DNA of 64,000 nt. Origin: an uncultured Gemmatimonadales bacterium. GTDB taxonomy: Bacteria; Gemmatimonadota; Gemmatimonadetes; Gemmatimonadales; GWC2-71-9. Location of the stretch: contig CAVZZO010000001.1 of NCBI GenBank assembly GCA_963779755.1, forward strand, positions 1,728,001 through 1,792,000. The letters are read 5' to 3'. The position numbers and the translations under genes are program-made. Below, piece after piece: positions 44,372-55,451 of this stretch (the first letter of the stretch is position 1; every line of letters starts with the position of its first letter). The notes under the pieces were generated by a model. It was not told the DNA's origin, did no database searches, and saw only the letters and a program-made list of their open reading frames with translations.

Positions 44372-47300
44372 ATGTCTGACGACGTTCAGCCGGGTATCGA
44401 CCGGCGCCGATTCCTCACCGTTCTCGGGGTCACCGGGGCGGGGGCGGCGGCGGTCTCCGGATGCTCTACCCAGCGCATCGAAAAGCTGGTGCCCTATCTG
44501 GTCCAGAGCGAAGACCAGGTCCCGGGCATCCCCACCTGGTACGCCAGCACCTGCGGCGAGTGCAGCGCGGGCTGCGGGCTTCACGTCAAGACGCGCGAGG
44601 GCCGCGCCATCAAGCTGGAGGGGAACCCCGACCATCCGGTAAACGCCGGCACCCTGTGCTCCATGGGGCAGTCGTCCTTGCAGGCCCTGTACAACCCGGG
44701 CCGGCTGCGCGGGCCCATGGCGCGGAACGCCTCGGGCGGGTTCGATCCCGTCAGCTGGGACGACGCGCTGAAGCGGCTGAGCGCCGAAGTCGGCAAGGCG
44801 GGAGGGCGGGTCGCGCTGCTCACCGGCGCGGACGACGGCAGCTTCACCGACCTGGCGGGTGAGTGGACCCGGGCCCTGGGCGGGCGGCTGGTGCGCTACC
44901 AGCCCTTCGCGCACGAGCCGGTGCGGGCGGCCAACCGCCTCACCTTCGGCCTGGACGAGCTGCCGGCGCACGACTTCGCCCGGGCGAAGTACATCCTGTC
45001 GTTCGGCGCCGACTTCCTGGAGAGCTGGCTCTCGCCGGTGGAGAACCAGCGGGGCTACTCCTCGTCGCACGGCAGCGGTCTGGCGATCATGGCCAAGCAT
45101 GTGAGCTTCGATCCGCGGATGTCGCTCACCGGGCTCAATGCCGACGAGTTCTATCTCGTGAAGCCGGGCACCGAGGCCGCGGTGGTGCTGGCCATGGCCA
45201 ACGTCATCCTGAGCGAGCGGAGCGGCGCGCCGGCCGACGCCAACGGGCTGCGGAGCATGCTGGCGCAGCACACGCCGGAGCAGGCCCAGACCGAGACCGG
45301 CGTCAGTGCCGAAGTGATCAAGCGGGTGGCGCGGGAATTCGCCTCGGCCGAGCCGGGGCTGGCGGTGGCGGGCGGCATCGGCAGCCAGCATCGGGGGGCC
45401 ATCGAGCTGTGTGCCGCGGTGAACCTGCTCAACTACGTCGCCGGCAATGTGGGCCGCACGGTGCTGTTCGGCGCGCGGCTCGCCTCCAGCGACGGCTACG
45501 GCGCCATGACCGACCTCATGGCCGCGATGGACGCGGGGCAGGTGGGACTCCTGCTGGTGCACGAGTCCAACCCGGTCTACACCGTCCCCAACAGCGCCGC
45601 CCTGGGCGACAAACTCAAGAAGGTGCCGTTCAAGGTCTCCTTCTCGATGTTCCTGGACGAGACCAGCAAGCACTGCGATCTCCTGCTGCCCAACCACCAC
45701 TTCCTCGAGCGCTGGGGCGACCATCGCCCCCGGGCCGGCCTCTATGGCCTGATGCAGCCGGTGATGGAGCCGGTCTTCGGCCACAAACCCGACGAAGCGG
45801 GTACGAAGGATACCGGCGACGTGCTGCTCCAGGTGGCCAAACAGGCCGGCGGAGCGCTGAGCGGCCTCACCGCCCCGAGCTTCGAGGCCTGGCTCAGGCA
45901 GGCCTGGACGGCGCTGGCGAAGCAGCAGGGAGCCGCCGATGCCGAGGCCTTCTGGCGCGACGCGCTCCAGCGGGGCGGGCTCTTCCTGCCGCCGCCCGCG
46001 CCGCCCACCGTCCGGCTCGCGCCCGGCGCCTCGCAGGTGAGCTACACCGCGCCCGCCTTCGACGGTGACGGCGAGTTCGTGCTGGTGGCCTATCCCACGG
46101 TGCTGGGCGACGGGCGCGGGGCCAACCGGCCCTGGCTGCGCGAGCTGCCCGATCCGGTCACCCGCATCACCTGGCACTCCTGGGCGGAACTGCATCCCGA
46201 CACGGCCGCCCGCATGGATGTCCGGGCCGGGGAAATTCTGCGGATCACCTCGCCCCACGGTGTGATCGAGGCCCCGGCCTGGCTGCACCCGGGGCTCGAT
46301 CCCGGCGTGGTGGCGGTCCCGCTGGGCCTGGGCCACAGCGAATACGGCGAGTATGCCGCCGGGGTGGGGACCACGCCGCTCTTCCTGCTGGACGCGAAGG
46401 ACGGCCAGGGCTTTCTGCCCTACGTCTCCACCCGGGTGACGGTCGAGAAGACCGGCGGCTGGAAGGCGCTGGCCAGCACGGCGGGCAGCACCCGCCAGCT
46501 GGGCCGCGGGGTGGCCAGCGCGATGCCGGCCGACGCGGTGGGGAAGGGGCTCACGATCGATCAGTACCTGCGGGGCGAGGAATCGGTCCTCGCCGAGCGG
46601 GCGGCGGAGGTGCACACGCTGTACGGGGAGAACCCGGAACGCGAGATCCCCGCGCTGAAGGGCTTCGCCGAGAGCCAGCACGAGCATACCAAACACGGCG
46701 ACTATGCCCGGGCCAATCCCCAGTGGGGCATGGTCATCGACCTGGCGAAATGCACCGGCTGTTCCGCCTGCGTCACCGCCTGTTATGCCGAGAACAATCT
46801 GCCGACGGTGGGCGAGTCGGACGTGATCCGCGGGCGGGAGATGAGCTGGATGCGGATCGAGCGCTATTACGAGGGCGGGACCGGGGGCGAGCCATTCAGC
46901 ATGCGGGTCATTCCCATGCTGTGCCAGCAGTGCGGCAACGCGCCCTGCGAGCCGGTCTGCCCGGTCTATGCCGCCTACCACACGGCGGACGGGCTCAACG
47001 GCCAGGTGTACAACCGCTGCGTGGGTACCCGCTACTGCAGCAATAACTGTCCCTTCAAGGTGCGCTACTTCAACTGGTTCGCCTACGGGCTGCGCGCCTT
47101 CCCCGAGCCGCTCAACCTGCAGCTCAATCCCGACGTGACGGTGCGGCCGCGCGGCGTGATGGAAAAGTGCACCTTCTGCGTGCAGCGGATCCGCCATGCC
47201 CAGCACCAGGCCAAAATGGAAGACCGGGAGCTGCGCGACGGCGAGATCATCACCGCCTGCGCCCAGGCCTGCCCCTCGAACGCCATTGTCTTCGGCGACC

Positions 47301-47428
47301 GGATGGACCCGGACAGCCGGGTGAGCAAGGCGGCCCAGAGCCCGCGCGGGTATCACGTGCTGGAAGCGCTCAACGTACGGCCTTCGATTACGTACCTGGC
47401 GAAGGTCATCAAGCGGTCGGAGGCCTGA
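44372..47428 (+). CDS. actB: Alternative complex III Fe-S subunit (molybdopterin-oxidoreductase-like + ferredoxin domain)
   Basis: Tat motif DRRRFL; KLEGNPDHP; C-terminal CTGCSACVTAC, CQQCGNAPCEPVCP, CVGTRYCSNNCP and CTFC...CAQACP. Confidence 0.92.
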   Translation: MSDDVQPGIDRRRFLTVLGVTGAGAAAVSGCSTQRIEKLVPYLVQSEDQVPGIPTWYASTCGECSAGCGLHVKTREGRAIKLEGNPDHPVNAGTLCSMGQSSLQALYNPGRLRGPMARNASGGFDPVSWDDALKRLSAEVGKAGGRVALLTGADDGSFTDLAGEWTRALGGRLVRYQPFAHEPVRAANRLTFGLDELPAHDFARAKYILSFGADFLESWLSPVENQRGYSSSHGSGLAIMAKHVSFDPRMSLTGLNADEFYLVKPGTEAAVVLAMANVILSERSGAPADANGLRSMLAQHTPEQAQTETGVSAEVIKRVAREFASAEPGLAVAGGIGSQHRGAIELCAAVNLLNYVAGNVGRTVLFGARLASSDGYGAMTDLMAAMDAGQVGLLLVHESNPVYTVPNSAALGDKLKKVPFKVSFSMFLDETSKHCDLLLPNHHFLERWGDHRPRAGLYGLMQPVMEPVFGHKPDEAGTKDTGDVLLQVAKQAGGALSGLTAPSFEAWLRQAWTALAKQQGAADAEAFWRDALQRGGLFLPPPAPPTVRLAPGASQVSYTAPAFDGDGEFVLVAYPTVLGDGRGANRPWLRELPDPVTRITWHSWAELHPDTAARMDVRAGEILRITSPHGVIEAPAWLHPGLDPGVVAVPLGLGHSEYGEYAAGVGTTPLFLLDAKDGQGFLPYVSTRVTVEKTGGWKALASTAGSTRQLGRGVASAMPADAVGKGLTIDQYLRGEESVLAERAAEVHTLYGENPEREIPALKGFAESQHEHTKHGDYARANPQWGMVIDLAKCTGCSACVTACYAENNLPTVGESDVIRGREMSWMRIERYYEGGTGGEPFSMRVIPMLCQQCGNAPCEPVCPVYAAYHTADGLNGQVYNRCVGTRYCSNNCPFKVRYFNWFAYGLRAFPEPLNLQLNPDVTVRPRGVMEKCTFCVQRIRHAQHQAKMEDRELRDGEIITACAQACPSNAIVFGDRMDPDSRVSKAAQSPRGYHVLEALNVRPSITYLAKVIKRSEA

Positions 47429-47431
47429 TCG

Positions 47432-48783
<1,352 letters not shown>

Positions 48784-48784
<1 letters not shown>

Positions 48785-49296
48785 TGCCCAGACCAGTCTC
48801 CGGCGTCCTCGGTTCGTTCCGCCACATCGACGCCGCCACCGCCGCCATCCGGACCCTCCAGGGCCGGGGCCGGCGCGACTTCACGGTCTATTCCCCCGCG
48901 CCCAACCACGAGCTGGACGAGGCGCTGAAGCATCCGGTAAGCCCGGTCCGGGTCTTCACCCTGGTGGGCGGCATCACCGGCTGTCTGGCCGGCCTGGCGC
49001 TCACCTTCTGGACCTCGCTCGACTGGCCCCTGCTGGTGGGCGGCAAGCCGATCGCGACCATCCCGCCGTTCGTCGTCATTCTCTTCGAGCTGACGGTGCT
49101 GTGCGGCTCGCTGGTGACGGTGGCCTCCATCATCCTGCTCTCGGCCCTGAAGCCCACCCGGCGGCTCATGTTCGATCCCAGCTTCACCGACGACACCGTC
49201 GGCATCTTCGTGCCCTGCAAGCGCGAGGAGTTCCCCGCCATCGAGACCCTGCTGCGCGAGGCAGGCTCCACGGAGGTCCGGCATGAAGCGGCGTAA
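48784..49296 (+). CDS. actD: ACIII subunit D (DUF3341)
   Basis: YSPAP..., WPLLVGGKP, FELTVL, DPSFTDD; ATG overlaps the actC stop. Confidence 0.9.
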
Positions 49297-49888
49297 CCTC
49301 CGGCTGCTGGCGGCGCTGGGCTGCGTGCTGGGACTGGGTGGTTGCCAGTGGTATTACAACACCCTGCCGTCACCCGACGACCTGATGCATGCCGTCCCCT
49401 GGTTCAACGCCATGATCACCAATCCGTCGGTGGCGCCCTACGAGCGGGCCGACGTGCCCCGCTATACCCCGGAGGGCACCGTGCCCGTTACCGGCGGCCA
49501 GAAGGACTGGGGCGCCGAATGGCGGGTGGGCACCACCACCACCGCCGACAAGCTGGTCAACCCCACCAACGGCGAGGCGACCGCCCGGGGCGACACCCTC
49601 TTTCACATCTTCTGCGCCACCTGCCACGGCAACGCCGGCGCGGGCGACGGGCCGGTAGGGAAGAAGATCTTCGCCCCGGCGCTGCTCACGCCCAGGGCGC
49701 GGGCCTATACCGACGGCTATCTGTACAGCATGATCCGCTACGGACGGGGCGTGATGCCCCGCTATGGTGACAAGGTGACCCTCCAGGCCGACCGCTGGGC
49801 GATCGTGAACTACGTCCGGAAGCTGCAGGCCGCCTCGCCGCCCCAGCCGGCGGCGCAGACGCAGCCGTCGGGAGGACAGCCGCGATGA
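49283..49888 (+). CDS. actE: ACIII monoheme cytochrome c lipoprotein
   Basis: Lipobox LGGC, PEGTVP, CATCHG, GRGVMP, DRWAIVNYVRKLQ. Confidence 0.9.
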   Translation: MKRRNLRLLAALGCVLGLGGCQWYYNTLPSPDDLMHAVPWFNAMITNPSVAPYERADVPRYTPEGTVPVTGGQKDWGAEWRVGTTTTADKLVNPTNGEATARGDTLFHIFCATCHGNAGAGDGPVGKKIFAPALLTPRARAYTDGYLYSMIRYGRGVMPRYGDKVTLQADRWAIVNYVRKLQAASPPQPAAQTQPSGGQPR

Positions 49889-51207
49889 GCCTGGCAAGCA
49901 TCCGGGAGCGCCTGCTGGCGCAGCCCGTGGGCGGGCGCTTCAACGCCGTGCTCTGGATCGGCATCGTGCTCTCCGTGGTCGGGGTGCCGCTCACGGTGAT
50001 CGAGCTGCTGGGCCCCAACGCCGACCGCGCCTGGCAGCTCTTCCACGTCAACTGGATCTACTTTACCGGGCTGGCTCTGGGGTCGGTGGCGGTGGTAGCC
50101 GTCCACAAGGTGGCCAACGCCAAGTGGTCCGGCTTCGTGCTCCGCTTCGCGGCGCCGCCGGTGTACTTCCTGCCCCTGTCGTTCATCGGCCTGCTGCTGA
50201 TCTTCGGCCCCGGGTATCACCATATCTATCCGGTGATGCACGATCTTTTCCCCGGCAAGGCGATCTGGCTTACCCGCTGGGTCATGTTCGTGCGGCTGGC
50301 GGTGACGCTGCTGGTGCTCTTCGTCCTGGCCTTCCTGCTGATCCGGACCGACCTGGTTCCCGATCTGCACGCCATCCGGTCCCGGGTGGACGAGGCCCGC
50401 CGGCGTCGCTGGGATAAACTCATCGGCAAGTACGACGGCTCCGAAGCGGCGGAACGGGAGAACTTCCGGCGAGTCCGCCGGTTCGCGCCCATCTTCCTGA
50501 TGTTCTACGCCTTCGTCATGACCCTGGTGGCGTTCGACGGCACCATGGCGCTGCAGCCCCACTGGTTCAGCAACCTGCTGGGCGGGTTCTACTTCATGGG
50601 GGCGTTCCTGGGCGCCAACATGATGCTGGCCATCATGCTGAATTACGGGCGCTACCAGCTCGGCATCCCCGATCTGGTGAGCCCCAAGCAGCGGCACGAT
50701 CAGGGCAAGCTCTGCTTCGGCTTCACCGTGTTCTGGGCTTACCTCATGTGGTCTCAGTTCATCGTGATCTGGTACGGCAACCTGCCGGAAGAGACCGGGT
50801 TCCTCTTCGCCCGGCTGTGGGGCCCCTGGATGCCGGTGGCGCGCGCGGTGTTCGCCGGCATCTTCGTGCTGCCGTTCTTCGGCCTGCTGGGGGTGGCGCC
50901 CAAGAAGTTCCCGCCCACCATGATGTTCTTTGCCTCCATCAGCCTGATCGCGCTGTGGCTGGAGCGTTACCTGCTCATCATGCCGTCGGTCACCCACGAA
51001 TCAGGCCCGATCCTCGGCCTGGCCGAGGCGGCGCCCACCCTGGCCTTCGCGGGCCTGTTCCTGCTCTGCTATGCCCTGTTCGCCCGGAGCTATCCCATGG
51101 TGAGTCCGCGCCTGGCGGAAATCACCGTGCGGCAGGAAATGGGGCACCACCTCGAAGCGTTCGAGCATACCGAAGGGCCGCAGGACTACATTCCCGAGGC
51201 GCGGTAG
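49885..51207 (+). CDS. actF: ACIII membrane subunit F
   Basis: Polytopic protein; MALQPHWFS, HDQGKLCFGF, FWAYLMWSQFIVIWYGNLPEET. Confidence 0.9.
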   Translation: MSLASIRERLLAQPVGGRFNAVLWIGIVLSVVGVPLTVIELLGPNADRAWQLFHVNWIYFTGLALGSVAVVAVHKVANAKWSGFVLRFAAPPVYFLPLSFIGLLLIFGPGYHHIYPVMHDLFPGKAIWLTRWVMFVRLAVTLLVLFVLAFLLIRTDLVPDLHAIRSRVDEARRRRWDKLIGKYDGSEAAERENFRRVRRFAPIFLMFYAFVMTLVAFDGTMALQPHWFSNLLGGFYFMGAFLGANMMLAIMLNYGRYQLGIPDLVSPKQRHDQGKLCFGFTVFWAYLMWSQFIVIWYGNLPEETGFLFARLWGPWMPVARAVFAGIFVLPFFGLLGVAPKKFPPTMMFFASISLIALWLERYLLIMPSVTHESGPILGLAEAAPTLAFAGLFLLCYALFARSYPMVSPRLAEITVRQEMGHHLEAFEHTEGPQDYIPEAR

Positions 51208-51214
51208 CAGCGGC

Positions 51215-51387
51215 ACGGGAATAAGACGGGAATAAGACGGGAATAAGACGGGAACAGGACGGGAACAGGACGGAAAGAGGGCGGAAAGACGACGGGAGGA
51301 ACACGGGATCCACTCCCGTCTTCCTCCCGTCTTCCTCCCGTCTTCCTCCCGTCTTATTCCCGTCCTATTCCCGTCCTATTCCCGTCG
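51215..51387. repeat. Mirrored 11-bp tandem repeats (GACGGGAATAA)n / (TTCCCGTC..)n between convergent operons
   Basis: About 8 forward and 7 reverse copies; same family at 54398-54552. Confidence 0.9.
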
Positions 51388-51389
51388 TC

Positions 51390-52424
51390 CTAACGATCCG
51401 GCATCGGCAGGGGCAGGCGGTTGAGCAGGGCGCGGAGTGAATCCACCGGTACCCGTCCGGTGACCGCCACCATGCGGTTGCCGTGCCGCATGGCCATGTA
51501 GGTGTCGGCTGCCGCGTCGGCCGGCGTCCGGCCCTGGCTGCTCAGCAGGTCGGTGACCCGGTCTGCCGGCCCCTCGATGGTGCGGATGAACTCGCCGCTG
51601 GCCAGCTGCTGGTCGACCGCGACGATCTTCTCGTGGGGTGAGAGCCGCTGGACCTTGACCTGGATGACGGGCAGCCCCTGCACCCGGGCCAGCGGCGCTC
51701 CGGATTCCTGCTCGGCCGCCGCGACCGAAAAGAGCAGCCAGAGGCCCGTGTCCTGGTCCTGGCCGGCGAGGCCGGCATCGCTGCCCTGTTGGGCCTGCGC
51801 TTCACCCGCTCCCGAATCGGGACGCGAGAGCGGCAGCGGCGCCACCGCAACCGTGGTTTCGATGCTGGCGGGACGCACGGGGAGATTGTCGCCCGAGGGG
51901 CGGGGCGTGGTGCGCGCCTGATGGCGGGGTGGCGGCGCCGGGGCCGGGGCCGGCTTCTCCTGCCGCGCCACCTGCCGGCTGGTGCTCGAGTCGGCCAGCC
52001 GAACCCGGGTGTTGGCCGTGTCGCCCCCCAGGCTGTCCTGGCCGGCGCCAACCGGCTGCAGGGTGGCGGCGACCCGGGAGGTCGCCGGCCCGGGGCCGGT
52101 CCCGGTATCATGCCAGGTGTGGGCGGTCCAGCCCAGCCCCAGAGCGACCAGGATGCTGGCGGCCCACCACCCCCAGCGGGGGCGGCGGCGCGCACCGGCG
52201 GCCGCCGCACGGCGGCGCAGCTCTTCGAAATCGGGCGGAAAGACCGCCGGCGGGGCCAGTTTGGCCAGCAGGGCGGTGGTGCGGTCGCGCAGGCCGGCGA
52301 TGGCATCCCGGAGGTCGCGGCAGTGGTCGCAGGAGGCGAGATGGCGCTCGATCTCCACGCACTGGGAACGGCTCAGTGCCTGGTCCAGATAGGCGTGCAG
52401 CTCTTCCTCAGGAATGTGCCGCAT
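51390..52424 (-). CDS. Zinc-binding (ZAS, zf-HC2) transmembrane anti-sigma factor
   Basis: HIPEEELHAYLD...HLASCDHC motif; TM WAASILVALGLGW; overlaps the sigma gene end. Confidence 0.88.
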   Translation of the reverse strand: MRHIPEEELHAYLDQALSRSQCVEIERHLASCDHCRDLRDAIAGLRDRTTALLAKLAPPAVFPPDFEELRRRAAAAGARRRPRWGWWAASILVALGLGWTAHTWHDTGTGPGPATSRVAATLQPVGAGQDSLGGDTANTRVRLADSSTSRQVARQEKPAPAPAPPPRHQARTTPRPSGDNLPVRPASIETTVAVAPLPLSRPDSGAGEAQAQQGSDAGLAGQDQDTGLWLLFSVAAAEQESGAPLARVQGLPVIQVKVQRLSPHEKIVAVDQQLASGEFIRTIEGPADRVTDLLSSQGRTPADAAADTYMAMRHGNRMVAVTGRVPVDSLRALLNRLPLPMPDR

Positions 52425-52920
52425 GGTCCCTGTGCTCTTCACGGTCGTGGGCCTCTACCAGCCGGCGGCGGGCCCGGGCGAGCGTCGTACCGACCGCGCC
52501 CACCGCCAGGCCGGTCTGCTGAGCGATCTCGGGGTAGCTCAGGCCCGCGTCCCACAGGAGCAGCACCTCGCGGTCGCGGGCCGAAAGGAGATCCAGGGCC
52601 CGCTGTACCTTGGCCAACTTTTCGTCGTGCTCGACCAGATCATCCGGCGCCGGCGGGCTTCCCGGCAGCACGCCGGTATCGGACTTGAGCAGGGTCAGAT
52701 GCCGTTTCCGCCGCACCGCCGCCCGGGCCTCGTCCCGCGCCAGGTTGGCCGCCACGGCGAAGACCCACGCCCGGGGCTTCTCCGGCTGGTGCGTCATGGC
52801 CCGCAGGAAGACCTCCTGCGCCAGGTCCTGGGCACGATCGGCATCCCATACTTTGCGATAGAGGAATCGCACTACCGCCGAGTAGGTCGTGCGGTATAGT
52901 GACTCCAGATCGTCGCTCAC
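52408..52920 (-). CDS. ECF RNA polymerase sigma factor
   Basis: AQDLAQEVF, WVFAVAANLARD (region 2); LSARDREVLLL...GLSYPEIA...GAVGTTLARARRRL (region 4). GGAG precedes GTG 52920. Confidence 0.92.
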   Translation of the reverse strand: MSDDLESLYRTTYSAVVRFLYRKVWDADRAQDLAQEVFLRAMTHQPEKPRAWVFAVAANLARDEARAAVRRKRHLTLLKSDTGVLPGSPPAPDDLVEHDEKLAKVQRALDLLSARDREVLLLWDAGLSYPEIAQQTGLAVGAVGTTLARARRRLVEAHDREEHRDHAAHS

Positions 52921-52994
52921 ATGGGCTCCTTCCGCCGGGGACCTTCGTTCGAAGCTGGCCATTCTGCCGCCTGCGTCCAGATCCTGCCCCACGG

Positions 52995-53792
52995 CTAGTT
53001 GACGCCGGCCACCGATCCGGTTGCACAGCCGGTGCTTGCGGCGCGCCGTCGCCGGCCGGCAAAGACACAGCCGGGGTGCAACCCCTTGCCCTTGGGCGGC
53101 CAGTCGCTGCAGAGGTCGGGCTTGGCGGGGCGGCCGTCGGCGCGGGTCCGGCCGTGGAGGCTGCAGGCCCCCTCTTCATCAAGATAGCCGCAGGCGGAAA
53201 TCATCTCCGCCTCGATGGAGAAGTCCCCCTCCCGGGATACCTTGCACAGGTAGGGCGACTTGCGGGCGAATACCAGCCGTTCCAGGAGGACTTCCTTTCT
53301 GGTGCACATGATCTCGACCTGCAGATCCCGGCAGCAGGCGGAACCCCTGGTGTTGTCGGCGGTCCGGCAGGGCGCATCCTGACAGGGGTTATCCTCCTGG
53401 AGGACCGGCAGCGCCCGCCGCGGTTGATCCAGGTCGCGCCGGACCAGGCGCTGGTGGTCGACCACCCGGAAGGACCGGAGGCCCAGCCGGCGGGGCTGCT
53501 CCCGGGTGGCGCGCTGGCGCGGCATGTCGCCGGTGAAGCCATGGGCTCGGCAGCGGGCGCCGGGGCCTTCCCGGGCCAGATGCTTGCATGGGACGTGGAG
53601 CACAGCCTCGACGTATAGATCCTCTCCATCGTTCCACGGGTCGCCGAAGGTGATGTGCTGGGTGTGCCCCAGGAGCCACGTCGCCTCATGATCCAGCGAC
53701 GCCTCCCCCTCTTCCAGGCTGCCGATACGGAGGGTTACCCGGAGCGAACGGCAATCGGCCCCGAGGGCGGTACAGGCGGGCAAGCTGGGCAT
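52995..53792 (-). CDS. Cys-rich hypothetical protein with two YkgJ-like (Zn/Fe-S) modules
   Basis: HVPCKHL...CRAHG and PC..APC...ACCRDL...ACGYLDEEGACSLHG...KPDLCSDWP motifs. Confidence 0.65.
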   Translation of the reverse strand: MPSLPACTALGADCRSLRVTLRIGSLEEGEASLDHEATWLLGHTQHITFGDPWNDGEDLYVEAVLHVPCKHLAREGPGARCRAHGFTGDMPRQRATREQPRRLGLRSFRVVDHQRLVRRDLDQPRRALPVLQEDNPCQDAPCRTADNTRGSACCRDLQVEIMCTRKEVLLERLVFARKSPYLCKVSREGDFSIEAEMISACGYLDEEGACSLHGRTRADGRPAKPDLCSDWPPKGKGLHPGCVFAGRRRRAASTGCATGSVAGVN

Positions 53793-53828
53793 GGCGAAAA
53801 CTGGCGAAATTGCGGGGGGGGATTATAC

Positions 53829-53846
53829 TTGTGAACTCATTCACAA
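53829..53846. promoter_or_regulatory. Perfect Rex-consensus operator TTGTGAACTCATTCACAA
   Basis: Exact match to TTGTGAA-N4-TTCACAA in a divergent promoter region; overlaps a TATACT hexamer. Confidence 0.75.
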
Positions 53847-53911
53847 GCGGATTTCTGTTCGACTGCAGTCATAGCCACAACAATCTTAACGATCCCGGAG
53901 GTCTGACAGCA

Positions 53912-54397
53912 ATGCGCACCAGCTTACTGATGGCAGGAGCAGCTCTTCTTCTGGCCGCCTGCGGCGGCGGCGAGAAGCCGGCGAACCAGCAGACGGCAGT
54001 GGACACGACCGCCACTACCCCGCCCGCGGTGGCCGGCACCACGACGGCGAACGCGACCGGCACGGTCCATGACGTCAACATGGAGCTGAACGGGTCGACG
54101 TACGAGTACACCCCCGCGAACCTGACCATCAAGCCGGGCGATGCCGTGCGGTTCCATAACGTGAGCGGCGGCCCCCACAACGTCGAGTTCTATCCGGACA
54201 GCATTCCGGCCGGCGCCGCCGACGTGCTGAACAACAACATGCCCGACCGCACCGGCCCGCTGGCGGGCCCGCTGCTGGTGGAGCCCAACGCGACCTACAC
54301 CATTTCCTTCGCGGGCGCCCCCGAGGGCGAGTACAAGTTCTACTGCCTGCCGCACCATGCGCTGGGGATGAAGGGGACGATCGAGGTGGAGGAGTAG
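53912..54397 (+). CDS. Type-1 blue copper lipoprotein (plastocyanin/halocyanin/auracyanin-like)
   Basis: GGAGG RBS; lipobox LAAC; Thr/Ala linker; Cu ligands GPHNV and YCLPHHALGM. Confidence 0.93.
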   Translation: MRTSLLMAGAALLLAACGGGEKPANQQTAVDTTATTPPAVAGTTTANATGTVHDVNMELNGSTYEYTPANLTIKPGDAVRFHNVSGGPHNVEFYPDSIPAGAADVLNNNMPDRTGPLAGPLLVEPNATYTISFAGAPEGEYKFYCLPHHALGMKGTIEVEE

Positions 54398-54552
54398 GAA
54401 GCAGGACGGAATAGGACGGAATAGGACGGGAAAAAGACGGGAGGAAGACGGGAGAGTCCGTTATCCTCCCGTCCTGTCTTCGTCCTCATTCCGTCCTGTC
54501 TTCGTCCTTTCCCGTCCTGTTCCCGTCTCTCTCCCGTCTTTCTCCTGCTTTC
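54398..54552. repeat. Mirrored 10-11-bp GACGG(G)A repeats between convergent genes
   Basis: aggacggaataggacggaataggacgggaaaaagacggg... then tcccgtcctgtcttcgtcc... Confidence 0.85.
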
Positions 54553-55451
54553 TATCGCAACGGCCGCCCCAGCACTCTCCACCCGCTCCCGACCTCCAGC
54601 CAGCGCACTGCGGCTACGACGCCCGCGCCGGTCGCCAGCCCCGCCAGCGCGTCCACGCCGTAGTGCATCTGGCAGTAGACCACGCCGACGGTGAGCAGGA
54701 CGGTCGGCAACAGCAGGATGGCGCCGAGGCGGCGTGAGCCGAGCCACCCGGCCAGGGTCGCGGCCACGGTGGCCGCGACGTGGGAAGAAGGGAAGGCGGC
54801 GCCGTAGGAGCTGCCCTCGGCCAGCGTGGCGTACACCAGCCGCGCCGGCAGATTGGCCACGAAGCTCCCCGTGGGGTGGGGGAACGCGTAATAGGGGCCG
54901 GCGACGGGGAAGAGCAGGAAGGCGCTATAGCACACGACGAAGGTGGCCATCACCATGAGCACGGCCCGCCGGAGCGCGCGCAGGTCCCGCCGCCAGGCGA
55001 ACCAGGCCGGCGGCAGGGGGATGATCAGATAGTAGGAGAAGTAGGCCGCGTGCAGCACGGTGGACCAGAAGCGGCTGGGGTGGCTCTGCCACCAGGTGCG
55101 GCTGATCTGGGTGCCGAAGGCGGCGGTTTCCCAGTGCTGAATGAGCGCATCGTGTACGTGCACCAGGTCGACCCCGTTCAGCAGGTCGAGCTGGCTGTAG
55201 AGACTGACCAGCAGCAGCAGCGGATAGATCTCGTGCAACGCCACCCCCGCCGGCCCCAGCTCCCGGCGGGTGAAGAGGAAAATCAGGACGACGATGAGCA
55301 GGTTGGACAGCAGGACCCAGGGAGCCAGCGGCCGGGTGCCCAGCCGCGCCAGGGCGACTACCGAAACCAGCACCAGATAGGCCAGCAGCACCAGGTCCAC
55401 GGCGAGCAGCCGCGCGGCGGCCTCACCGGTGGGAGTACGGCTCAGAGCCAT
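54552..55451 (-). CDS. PAP2-superfamily membrane protein, AUR1/inositol-phosphorylceramide-synthase-like
   Basis: Multi-TM; YFSYY, FPVAGP, AAFPSSHVA and HYGVDALAG (His-His-Asp triad). Confidence 0.8.
   Translation of the reverse strand: MALSRTPTGEAAARLLAVDLVLLAYLVLVSVVALARLGTRPLAPWVLLSNLLIVVLIFLFTRRELGPAGVALHEIYPLLLLVSLYSQLDLLNGVDLVHVHDALIQHWETAAFGTQISRTWWQSHPSRFWSTVLHAAYFSYYLIIPLPPAWFAWRRDLRALRRAVLMVMATFVVCYSAFLLFPVAGPYYAFPHPTGSFVANLPARLVYATLAEGSSYGAAFPSSHVAATVAATLAGWLGSRRLGAILLLPTVLLTVGVVYCQMHYGVDALAGLATGAGVVAAVRWLEVGSGWRVLGRPLR

Noticed and set aside
51215..51387. Repeat arrays as possible CRISPR (also 31861-32027, 16872-16937, 54398-54552)
   Set aside because: Units are 7-14 bp and directly tandem, with no unique spacers and no cas genes.
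53912..54397. Plastocyanin plus ACIII as evidence of phototrophy
   Set aside because: There are no reaction-centre or bch genes in the window, and both components also serve respiration.
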